Shown piece by piece: positions 29,856 through 37,419 of a stretch of 61,232 nt of DNA. Under the pieces are notes generated by a model. The model searched no databases, was not told where the DNA came from, and saw only the letters and a program-made list of their open reading frames with translations. Made by a program: the position numbers and the translations under genes. Source of the stretch: Bacteroidota bacterium (GTDB lineage Bacteria; Bacteroidota; Bacteroidia; AKYH767-A; OLB10). How positions within the stretch are numbered: the stretch's first letter is position 1; each line of letters begins with the position of its first letter. The stretch is taken from positions 1 to 61,232 of the forward strand of contig CAUJFJ010000063.1 of the NCBI GenBank assembly GCA_963169675.1, given 5' to 3'.

Positions 29856-30146
29856 TTACCGGGTATTAAATAATCGCTGAAAGAAATTTGGCTTAGTAGA
29901 AACATAACGCATCCCTTTGCGCTTATGTTTTTTCATGCGTTTACGGGTAGCTTTATCCTGTAATTTAAGATGCTGTTTCTTGCTTTGAAATTCAGATTTC
30001 TTGGATTCTTTCGCACGTTGTTCCTTCTTTTGCTCAGCCTTTTTCTGTTTTTTGGATGGCTTCTTATCATCCTGAGCCATCCCAACCAATGGGATCACCA
30101 GAAGCAACAGGAAAATCCATTTTTTAATATATTTCAAGATATTCAT
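29856..30146 (-). CDS. Small secreted lysine-rich protein, function unknown
   Basis: 96 aa. Clear signal peptide (WIFLLLLVIPLVGMAQ), then an extremely K/Q/E-rich sequence. Its stop codon abuts the smc stop. Confidence 0.45.
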   Translation of the reverse strand: MNILKYIKKWIFLLLLVIPLVGMAQDDKKPSKKQKKAEQKKEQRAKESKKSEFQSKKQHLKLQDKATRKRMKKHKRKGMRYVSTKPNFFQRLFNTR

Positions 30147-30197
30147 TCCTGATATAACGGTTTAAGTATTGAATTATGTATCAAATATCCGACATTT

Positions 30198-31610
30198 TCA
30201 TTCCAATCCGGTTTGACCGGGCAAAATGTTATCAAGACGAATTTGTTCATCACCCGGGAAATAAGGTAGAAATGTGAGAATGAGCTGGAACATTTCATCA
30301 GTAGTTCTCATGCTGCCACCCAAACCGGTAATTTCTCTGGGGGGACTGAAGGGATTATTTGGATTGTTTTTAGTATTATCGAATACACCTTCGGCGACAA
30401 TAGTTGATCCGGCGGGTATTTTAAGCATGGTTGGATAAGTATAAAAATATTGCCACCTGAAATCCCATTTTGGAATTCTTACCAAACGAATGGTGTCGGC
30501 TTGAGGAGTAATTGCATAAGCCAGGAATGATTTTCCCAACAAGTGCATATGTGGATTAATAGTAACCAATGAAATATCGTGATAAATTATTGCTTTGGTT
30601 ACAAACTTCATGATGGTATCAGGGGGAATCAAAAGTGGAGGTACAATTTCTGAAATACCCAAAGTACCCAATTGTGTTTCCATGAAAGGACGCTTGGGAG
30701 GCTTCGCACTAAAAAACAAATTTACGTGTGGTTGATCTGTTTCAGAAACCGGAGTAGGTCCATAGTGAAGATCACGCATTAGAATAGCTCCTTTCTTTTT
30801 AATGCGATACCCTCCTATTCCATCGGGATATTGTTGAGGTAAAACACCAGGTAAAAAATTGAAAACACTTGGTGTAAGTAAAGGATAGGTATCATCATCA
30901 TTTAGCAATTTCATGAACCGGTAGCACGAGTCAAGTGTTCCGGCATCTTCACGATCAACATAACGGGGACCAACAAACACATCTTTTTTCAACTTATCAT
31001 CGTATTGAATAATATGTCCGTTTACATGATGAGAGAGTTTACGATTTCCGGGAACATATTCAACCATTCTTAGAAACGTATCTCTTTCCAATTCATAAGG
31101 AATCTTAAAAACCATAAACCGATCGCGGTTATCTCCGGGAATAGTAAACGGCTCTTCCATTCGAATCACAACATCAGGCTTTCCTAACTGAGAACCTTCC
31201 GGATACTCGGGCGCAGGTTTAAGGTCTGCGGCCTTTCCTTCGGGACAACCGGCATTGACCCACGTTACAATCATTTCTTTTTCTGCATCAGTTAAAATTT
31301 TCTCCCCAACAAAATGAGTGTATTCCGGATCGGCTGGCCATGGAGGCATCACACCGGTTTCAACAACGCGAGCTATGGTTTTAGCTTTTTTCCTAACGTC
31401 TTTGTAAGAAATTAAATGAAATGGACCAGCCTCACCGGGACGATGACATGGAGTACAATGCTTATGAATTAAAGGTGCGATTTCTTTGTTGAAAGTCAGA
31501 TTAGTTTTTTGTTTACCTGAATTACAGGATAATAAAAATGCAAAACCGGTGACAACAATTATCAGTTGTTTTACAATAGGGTATTTTAGTTGAAAATAAT
31601 TTTTCATCAT
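30198..31610 (-). CDS. Lipoprotein: c-type cytochrome domain fused to a copper type II (PHM/DBH-like) monooxygenase-like domain
   Basis: 470 aa. Lipobox FLLSC(29). Heme-c motif C52-T-P-C-H56 with a downstream GVMPPW. His/Met pattern H194-H195, H282, H354-x-H356, DEM440 in the order and approximate spacing of the CuH/CuM ligands of PHM/DBH. WDFRWQ block. Confidence 0.6.
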   Translation of the reverse strand: MMKNYFQLKYPIVKQLIIVVTGFAFLLSCNSGKQKTNLTFNKEIAPLIHKHCTPCHRPGEAGPFHLISYKDVRKKAKTIARVVETGVMPPWPADPEYTHFVGEKILTDAEKEMIVTWVNAGCPEGKAADLKPAPEYPEGSQLGKPDVVIRMEEPFTIPGDNRDRFMVFKIPYELERDTFLRMVEYVPGNRKLSHHVNGHIIQYDDKLKKDVFVGPRYVDREDAGTLDSCYRFMKLLNDDDTYPLLTPSVFNFLPGVLPQQYPDGIGGYRIKKKGAILMRDLHYGPTPVSETDQPHVNLFFSAKPPKRPFMETQLGTLGISEIVPPLLIPPDTIMKFVTKAIIYHDISLVTINPHMHLLGKSFLAYAITPQADTIRLVRIPKWDFRWQYFYTYPTMLKIPAGSTIVAEGVFDNTKNNPNNPFSPPREITGLGGSMRTTDEMFQLILTFLPYFPGDEQIRLDNILPGQTGLE

Positions 31611-32191
31611 GATTCAATAAAACATCCAACAGGATTCACACGTTTGAAAGGAATGGCTTTTTCCGAAAGAATAGCATCGAGTACTTTTTTCAAATAATGT
31701 TCACCAACCAGCTGGCGTTTCTTACCAAGACTCGCGGCTCTTTCATTGATAGCACCTGAATATAATGTTTCATATTCAGGACTAAGAACAACAACTTCCG
31801 GCGTTACTGTGGCTTCCAACAATTTTGTCAGCACTAATGCGGTATCCAAAATGGCAGGCAATCCGATATTGTAATGTAAATGAAAGGAATCTATTTCAGA
31901 GACCGTGTAAAAAGTACCCGGATATACAGTCAAGAAAGAGATTCCTTGAGATCTGTAAGACTCTGCAAGCTCTCGGATATCTCCGGAGGAACTGATGCAC
32001 ATTGGGCAATCGGGTGATAAGAACAGGTAAACTGTTGCGATAGAACCCATTTCTTTGTTTAAGGAAACGGGCGTTCCCGATAATGTGGGCATATTCAATT
32101 TACTCAATTGTCCGCTGCGTTCATTCCGACACCCGGTTGTCAGTCCGGCAAACAGCAGCACCGGGATGCAATATTTTACAATCGACCACAT
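31607..32191 (-). CDS. Thioredoxin-fold (TlpA/redoxin-like) lipoprotein, CPMC active site
   Basis: ATG at 32191 gives MWSIVKYCIPVLLFAGLTTGC (lipobox). Redox motif SPDCPMC. The stop overlaps the downstream start (ATGA). The upstream TTG at 32200 lies inside the -7 box. Confidence 0.7.
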   Translation of the reverse strand: MWSIVKYCIPVLLFAGLTTGCRNERSGQLSKLNMPTLSGTPVSLNKEMGSIATVYLFLSPDCPMCISSSGDIRELAESYRSQGISFLTVYPGTFYTVSEIDSFHLHYNIGLPAILDTALVLTKLLEATVTPEVVVLSPEYETLYSGAINERAASLGKKRQLVGEHYLKKVLDAILSEKAIPFKRVNPVGCFIES

Positions 32192-32197
32192 AAGATG

Positions 32198-32205
32198 CAA
32201 ATTTA
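32198..32205 (-). promoter_or_regulatory. -7 promoter box (TAAATTTG on minus strand) for the redoxin/cytochrome pair
   Basis: TAnnTTTG consensus 6 nt upstream of ATG 32191, which would make the transcript leaderless or nearly so. Confidence 0.45.
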
Positions 32206-32308
32206 GTTAATTTGATAGCTTAATTTTCAGTCAATCCTCTTAAATTAATTCAAAATAAGCATTTAACCGTGCTTTGCGAAGCTCTAAAATTCAGGTCATT
32301 GCCATAAT

Positions 32309-32342
32309 AAAATAAAAAATCCCTGCCACTCAACTGGCAGGG
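32309..32342 (-). terminator. Rho-independent terminator after the SprB-repeat gene
   Basis: Stem CCCTGCCA / TGGCAGGG (32321-32342), followed on the minus strand by UUUUUUAUUUU. It separates the adhesin gene from the redoxin operon. Confidence 0.85.
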
Positions 32343-32369
32343 ATCGGCAAAAAGTAATCAAAACAAATA

Positions 32370-35300
32370 TTAGTTGCGAAGCATCATTTTCATGCTTTTT
32401 ACAGATTCATTTCCACGAATTACAATTATATATAAACCGGAAGCAATATTTTTTGCTGCGATTTCAATTTTCCGAATCTCCCCTTTTTGCATGTATCCTG
32501 ATAAAAATCCACTGATAAGTCGACCGGAATTATCATACAATTCAAGGTTGTAATTTTCATTGCCGGAAGCAGTTATCTGAAGGAAAGTACTTCCTCCTAT
32601 TTGAGAAATCAATATTTGAGGATGATTAATTTCTTCATTGTTTAAAGATGTAAGAGAGGCATTCATAACTTCCGCAGTCATCATTAACTGACAACCTGAG
32701 AAATCTGTAACAGTTACTGTATAGATGCCCGCTACCACTCCAATTAAATCTTCTGTAACAGAGCCATCAGACCACTCGTACAAATAAGGTATAGCACCAC
32801 CATTTACTGAAAGATCAATAGATCCATCTGCCGCCCCAGGATAAGATGCATCTGCTGTTTCAACGGTAGCTATGAGTTCAGGATAGGCAACTACTTCAAC
32901 TGAATCTGTAACAGTGCACCCATTTATATCCGTAACGGTAACATTAAAAAATCCGGGATCAAGATTATCAATAAAAGAAGTGGATTCACCTGAGCCCCAT
33001 GCATACGAATAGCCTGGTGTTCCTCCAGCTGCAATAGCTGTTACTGATCCTTTAGTTACACCACATCCAACAGGAATGACATTAAATGAAACTGCCATTG
33101 GTGCAGGAGCTTCGATAAGTACATTTCCGGAAACAGTGCATCCATTAGCATCAGTTACAGTAACATCATAATTTCCACCCAAAACTAAAAATAAATCTTC
33201 AGCAGTATTTCCATTCGACCACAAATAAGAATAGGGTTCCTGTCCGCCGGAAATTGTAAGATCAGCACTGCCATCATCAGAATCACTGCAGTTTGCGGAC
33301 ACAGAATTAAATGCAAGTGCCATTGCATTGGCAATACCACCAACAGTAACAGTATCTGAAGTCATACAACCTAAAACATCCGTAATTGTCAACGTATAAA
33401 CACCAGGGTTTAATCCACTTACTGATGAATTAGAACTTCCATTCGACCAACTATAAATTAAAGGATCTATACCACCTGAAATTACCGTAGAGATGGATCC
33501 TGTTCCGGTAATGCAGGGGTCAAAAGCTGATTGAAATTGAATTGATATTTCAGCGGGTTGTGAAACTGCGAAAGCTGTTAATATTGAACAAGAATGATTA
33601 TCGGTAACAGTTAACATGTAAGTTCCTGATGCAAGATTCTGCAATGTGGTATCCGTTGAACCATTTTGCCAAAGGTAACTGTAGGGAGCATTCCCGCCAT
33701 TTGCTGAAACAGTAATCATACCATCTGTACTTCCGAAGCATGTAGCATCAGTAGTTATAAAAGCAACATTGATTGGATCCGGTTGAGTAATTACAAATTG
33801 TTCCTGTGCAGTGCAACCGAATAAATCTGAAACAGTCAGCACATAATTTCCGATGCCAAGCATTGAAATATCTTCTGAAACACTTCCATCAGACCAGGAA
33901 TAATCGTAGGGTCCGTTACCTCCGGAAACCGCAACATCAATCAGTCCGTCATTGGAACCATGACATGTTACGTTCGCAATTGTTGCTGTAATAAAAACCG
34001 GATCAGGCTGCGTAATTTGCACCTGAATCATAGTACTGCAACTTCCGGCATCGGTGATAGTAACAGTATACATTCCGGGAGAAAGTGCAAAGGCATCTTC
34101 AGTTGTTTGGCCATCTGACCAAAGAAACTCAAATGGTCCGGTGCCACCTGTAACAGTAATATCAGCAACACCATCATTCCCACCGGCACAAGAAACCGGA
34201 GTTGCAATTGATGTTGCAGAAAACGATGTTTGCTGGTTCACTATGAATGATGAGTTTTGAACGCATCCGTTGAAATCAGTGACTGTTACTGAATATATTC
34301 CAGCACATAAATTTGTCCTTGAAGGAGTGGTGTTACCGTCATTCCAAATAAAACTGTAGCCTGAATTTCCACCAGATACAACAAGTGCAATGGCACCATT
34401 ACATAAACCACAGGAAGCCGAAGTCACATTTCCACTGACTTGCAATGGTGAAGGTTGTTCAATAACCACAGGAACGGTTAAAGAGCATCCTGAAGTATCA
34501 CTAACGGTAAGTGCATAAGTGCCGGCTGTAAGTCCGGTAGCAGTTGCTGAGTTCTGAATAGGTGTTGTGTTCCAGCTATAATTATAAAGATTTCCATAGA
34601 CAGGAGTTGCAACAGCAATTCCATCATTGCCTGAAAAACAGGAAACAGCTTGAGTATTTGTGGTAAAATAAGGTGATGGTACAAAAATATTATAAGAGAA
34701 TGTTTGAAGACCGTTTGATGGACAACTATTATCTCGTACGGTGATAGTGAAACTATTTGGCAACAAATCCACATCATCGAAATCAGGTGTCCAACAAAAA
34801 TTAATTTCAGGTCTTGGACCACCAGTATTGGTCACGGTACTTCCGGGAATAGTATTGTTAATGAAAGCATCAACCGATTGAGTTGAATCGGCATCTGAAG
34901 TATACACCGTAAAACAAATAGTTTGTCCTGGACAAACTGTAACATCATAATTGGTTGTACCGTTTATGCCGGAAGCTGTTGGAATAACATTATTACAGGA
35001 AGTTGTATAAACCTGAATATCTCTTATCACACTTCCAATAAAAACACCATTACGAAATTCTTTCACCAAAACAGCAAGTATTCCTACCTGAATCTGAGAA
35101 GGTGTAAAATTGATATCGCCTGTCACCGGATTAATCAGAAATGGTGTAGAAGAAGCAAGTGGAGCAGATACAGATGCCGGAGCAATAAATTGTACCTGAG
35201 TGGTGGGACCTGTTTTTGGGGTGATAAAAGAGTAAGAAAGTGAATCCCCATCAGCATCATAAACACCCTGATTGAAATTAAAATTTTGACCCAAACACAC

Positions 35301-35840
35301 GAATGCTATCGGATTATTGGAAAAAACAGGTGATGTGTTACAGATTGCGTTCAAATTATTCAACCTAGCTTCCACATACAGATTGGAACCGCTTCCACAT
35401 GGATCCTGAATAGTTGTAATAGTGCAATTGCGACAACAAACAGAATAACTAAACACCCAATCGGCACAATTACCCGGAAGGTTAATAGTAGCATGATATA
35501 CAAACTTCTTTACTCCCGATTCGGTGCCACCATTACATGTAGAAACAGCAGAACTACAAGGCACTGAAATTTCAACTCCAGATCCTGCATCAGGAGTTGC
35601 AGTCACATTGTAATTGAATCCACATGATGCAGAACGATAATAAAAGGTGATGAATGAAGGTTCAGGTATGCCATTGCAATCACGGTAAAAGGTAGCCTCA
35701 AGTCTATATTGATTACCTCCTAAACAAGTATATGTCAAATCTGATCCTGCAGCATGTGTTCCATAAGCATTATGATTTCCACAGAGCATGAAAATCATAA
35801 ATAACATAGGAAAGCACTTTAAATAATTGAGTAGTTGCAT
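32370..35840 (-). CDS. T9SS-secreted cell-surface protein with nine SprB-type repeats
   Basis: 1156 aa. Signal peptide. Cys-rich N-terminal region (HAAGSDLTYTCLGGNQYRLEATFYRDCNG...). Nine repeats of about 75 aa with the pattern C-x-G-x-x-DG...GG.xPYxYxWS.G......L..G.Y.VTVTD..GC. The C-terminal type A sorting domain ends GLYIIVIRGNESVKSMKMMLRN. Confidence 0.8.
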   Translation of the reverse strand: MQLLNYLKCFPMLFMIFMLCGNHNAYGTHAAGSDLTYTCLGGNQYRLEATFYRDCNGIPEPSFITFYYRSASCGFNYNVTATPDAGSGVEISVPCSSAVSTCNGGTESGVKKFVYHATINLPGNCADWVFSYSVCCRNCTITTIQDPCGSGSNLYVEARLNNLNAICNTSPVFSNNPIAFVCLGQNFNFNQGVYDADGDSLSYSFITPKTGPTTQVQFIAPASVSAPLASSTPFLINPVTGDINFTPSQIQVGILAVLVKEFRNGVFIGSVIRDIQVYTTSCNNVIPTASGINGTTNYDVTVCPGQTICFTVYTSDADSTQSVDAFINNTIPGSTVTNTGGPRPEINFCWTPDFDDVDLLPNSFTITVRDNSCPSNGLQTFSYNIFVPSPYFTTNTQAVSCFSGNDGIAVATPVYGNLYNYSWNTTPIQNSATATGLTAGTYALTVSDTSGCSLTVPVVIEQPSPLQVSGNVTSASCGLCNGAIALVVSGGNSGYSFIWNDGNTTPSRTNLCAGIYSVTVTDFNGCVQNSSFIVNQQTSFSATSIATPVSCAGGNDGVADITVTGGTGPFEFLWSDGQTTEDAFALSPGMYTVTITDAGSCSTMIQVQITQPDPVFITATIANVTCHGSNDGLIDVAVSGGNGPYDYSWSDGSVSEDISMLGIGNYVLTVSDLFGCTAQEQFVITQPDPINVAFITTDATCFGSTDGMITVSANGGNAPYSYLWQNGSTDTTLQNLASGTYMLTVTDNHSCSILTAFAVSQPAEISIQFQSAFDPCITGTGSISTVISGGIDPLIYSWSNGSSNSSVSGLNPGVYTLTITDVLGCMTSDTVTVGGIANAMALAFNSVSANCSDSDDGSADLTISGGQEPYSYLWSNGNTAEDLFLVLGGNYDVTVTDANGCTVSGNVLIEAPAPMAVSFNVIPVGCGVTKGSVTAIAAGGTPGYSYAWGSGESTSFIDNLDPGFFNVTVTDINGCTVTDSVEVVAYPELIATVETADASYPGAADGSIDLSVNGGAIPYLYEWSDGSVTEDLIGVVAGIYTVTVTDFSGCQLMMTAEVMNASLTSLNNEEINHPQILISQIGGSTFLQITASGNENYNLELYDNSGRLISGFLSGYMQKGEIRKIEIAAKNIASGLYIIVIRGNESVKSMKMMLRN
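32667..34667 (-). repeat. Nine tandem coding repeats of about 225 nt (SprB-type repeats)
   Basis: The first Cys of each unit falls at residues 401, 477, 551, 626, 701, 776, 851 and 926. The ninth unit has Tyr1000 instead of Cys. Confidence 0.85.
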
Positions 35841-35875
35841 GCGGGCAGTGGTAACCGTTATTAAGTTGGTGAAAT

Positions 35876-35883
35876 CAAAAATA
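35876..35883 (-). promoter_or_regulatory. -7 promoter box (TATTTTTG on minus strand) for the SprB-repeat gene
   Basis: TAnnTTTG consensus 35 nt upstream of ATG 35840. Confidence 0.45.
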
Positions 35884-36106
35884 TCCTAATCTGTCATAAA
35901 AAAGCAGGATATTAAGCCAACTATGAGTTTTAATTGGTGAATCACTGATATCATGTGGCTAAGAAATAATCCGTTACGGAGGACAGCGGGGCTATTTGCT
36001 ATATGAGCCAATTAAAAAAAAGGTGTATACTATTGATTTATAATTAATTAAATAATTTCAAGGGAAAAATCAACGGTATGTGTTCAACTTGCACAAAAGT
36101 GCAGAA

Positions 36107-37339
36107 CTACTTGCTTCGGAACGGATCCCTGGGAATCCAATCGCCCGGACCTGTACTACTAATCATTGGCTTGGCGAGGAGATTCAGCATGCGATTTGCA
36201 AACCTGAAATAACAGGCAAGGTGAATGGGTTTTGCGCCAGTGGTACTTTTGATCTCAAGTGCAGTGCGGCCGAAAAAGAGTCGTTTAGATTTGCATTCAA
36301 TTGCATCATCAATATAAGAGTACAAAATATTCTGATAAATGCTGTATTGGCTGTTCAGGCTATAGTCAAGTCCAATACAATGCGCTTCCATGTGATGCGT
36401 ATTCCAGAGAGCCGAAGTAAAAGCAATCATTTTATTTTCGAGGTAGAAACCTTTAATCCGGAAGTGTTCACCATATAATTGTTTGAGCTGAATGAAATAA
36501 TCAGCAGAAGGGCGAATCAGTTTTACAGGAGCTTTACGAATAACATTATCATTTAATGTATATAAATCATTGATTGCAAGATTCACATCATTAACAGATA
36601 ATTCACGAACAGCAATTCCTTCCATCTTTGCCATTGCAGCTTTAGTTCTGACACGATACTTTGAAGATAGTGCCGCCAGATAATCTTCAAAATTATTCCA
36701 CTCCGGATTCACATCAAAAATCATTTCAGGGTCGGTATTCAACATAAAATAATCTTTGCTCAATACAGGAGCAGCGGTCTTATCTTCGTCCTCATAAAAA
36801 TCCTTAACCATAAAACCAACAATCTTTTCCGTTCTGGCAAGAGATTGTTCTATTGCTTTTTTTACTGGAGTAATAGACTTTACAGCAGCGAGAAATGAAT
36901 CAGCATCTATAGCGCTGATACCATGATTACCACTTATCAGTAAATTCCCACAAACAAGCAGGAAGCTAGAATTACCGGAACCCGGATTAAATAAAAGTTT
37001 ATTAATTTTTCCTGAAACCGTTCCTGCTAAACCACCATACTCATCAAGATTGAGGATACCACCAAGTCCAGCATCTGAAAGGTTAATGAGTTGAAAATAG
37101 GCGATTGCGCATGGAACACCATTTTTTCTTAACAACAAAAAACGGTTGGAAAGGCCGGGTAAATTGCTGCTTTCACAAACTGATAAATAATTTCTTGTAA
37201 GAAATATTTTTTCTTCTGTGATGCAGCTATCCCAATCGCTTTCAGAAAATCCTGAAACAGATTCTCTCAATTCACCATCATATTCACCTATTACCAGATG
37301 CAAAGCATCTGCAGTATTTTTAATTTTTCTTAATGGCAC
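36107..37339 (-). CDS. GNAT-fold / FemAB-like acyltransferase family protein (tentative)
   Basis: 410 aa, cytoplasmic. Two-lobed organisation whose C-terminal half (FYLENKMIAFTSALWNTHHMEAHCIGLDY...LFFGRTALEIKSTTGAKP) looks like FemAB/DUF482-type N-acyltransferases. The only start is GTG at 37339. Confidence 0.4.
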   Translation of the reverse strand: MPLRKIKNTADALHLVIGEYDGELRESVSGFSESDWDSCITEEKIFLTRNYLSVCESSNLPGLSNRFLLLRKNGVPCAIAYFQLINLSDAGLGGILNLDEYGGLAGTVSGKINKLLFNPGSGNSSFLLVCGNLLISGNHGISAIDADSFLAAVKSITPVKKAIEQSLARTEKIVGFMVKDFYEDEDKTAAPVLSKDYFMLNTDPEMIFDVNPEWNNFEDYLAALSSKYRVRTKAAMAKMEGIAVRELSVNDVNLAINDLYTLNDNVIRKAPVKLIRPSADYFIQLKQLYGEHFRIKGFYLENKMIAFTSALWNTHHMEAHCIGLDYSLNSQYSIYQNILYSYIDDAIECKSKRLFFGRTALEIKSTTGAKPIHLACYFRFANRMLNLLAKPMISSTGPGDWIPRDPFRSK

Positions 37340-37419
37340 AAATCGATTGGATAAGCAGTTAAATTTTCCTTATTGCAATAGCATTAGGAACAAGATAACA
37401 GAGAATGTATTAAAAAGTT

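Noticed and set aside
29853-29858. The smc stop codon directly abuts the stop codon of the convergent 96-aa Lys-rich ORF, with no terminator between them
   Set aside because: Abutting convergent genes recur in this window (41350/41357, 51095/51096, 55019/55023). It appears to be normal compact genome organisation rather than a special feature.
34478-34822. 114-aa alternative-frame ORF on the same strand inside the SprB-repeat gene
   Set aside because: It is embedded in the repeat gene in a different frame, and its odd His/Gln/Leu-rich translation has no motifs. It is a by-product of the repetitive codon pattern.
35931-36016. 8-bp inverted repeat TTAATTGG / CCAATTAA enclosing about 70 nt, followed by an A8 run. 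I considered it as a possible small RNA or terminator in the 266-bp intergenic region.
   Set aside because: The arms are AT-rich and short, and the enclosed sequence shows no convincing secondary structure. I recognise no known RNA family there (6S, SRP, RNase P, tmRNA or a riboswitch).
36080-36478. 132-aa ORF antisense to the FemAB/GNAT-like gene
   Set aside because: It is a shadow ORF starting in the intergenic hairpin region, with no recognisable motif. The sense ORF is three times longer.
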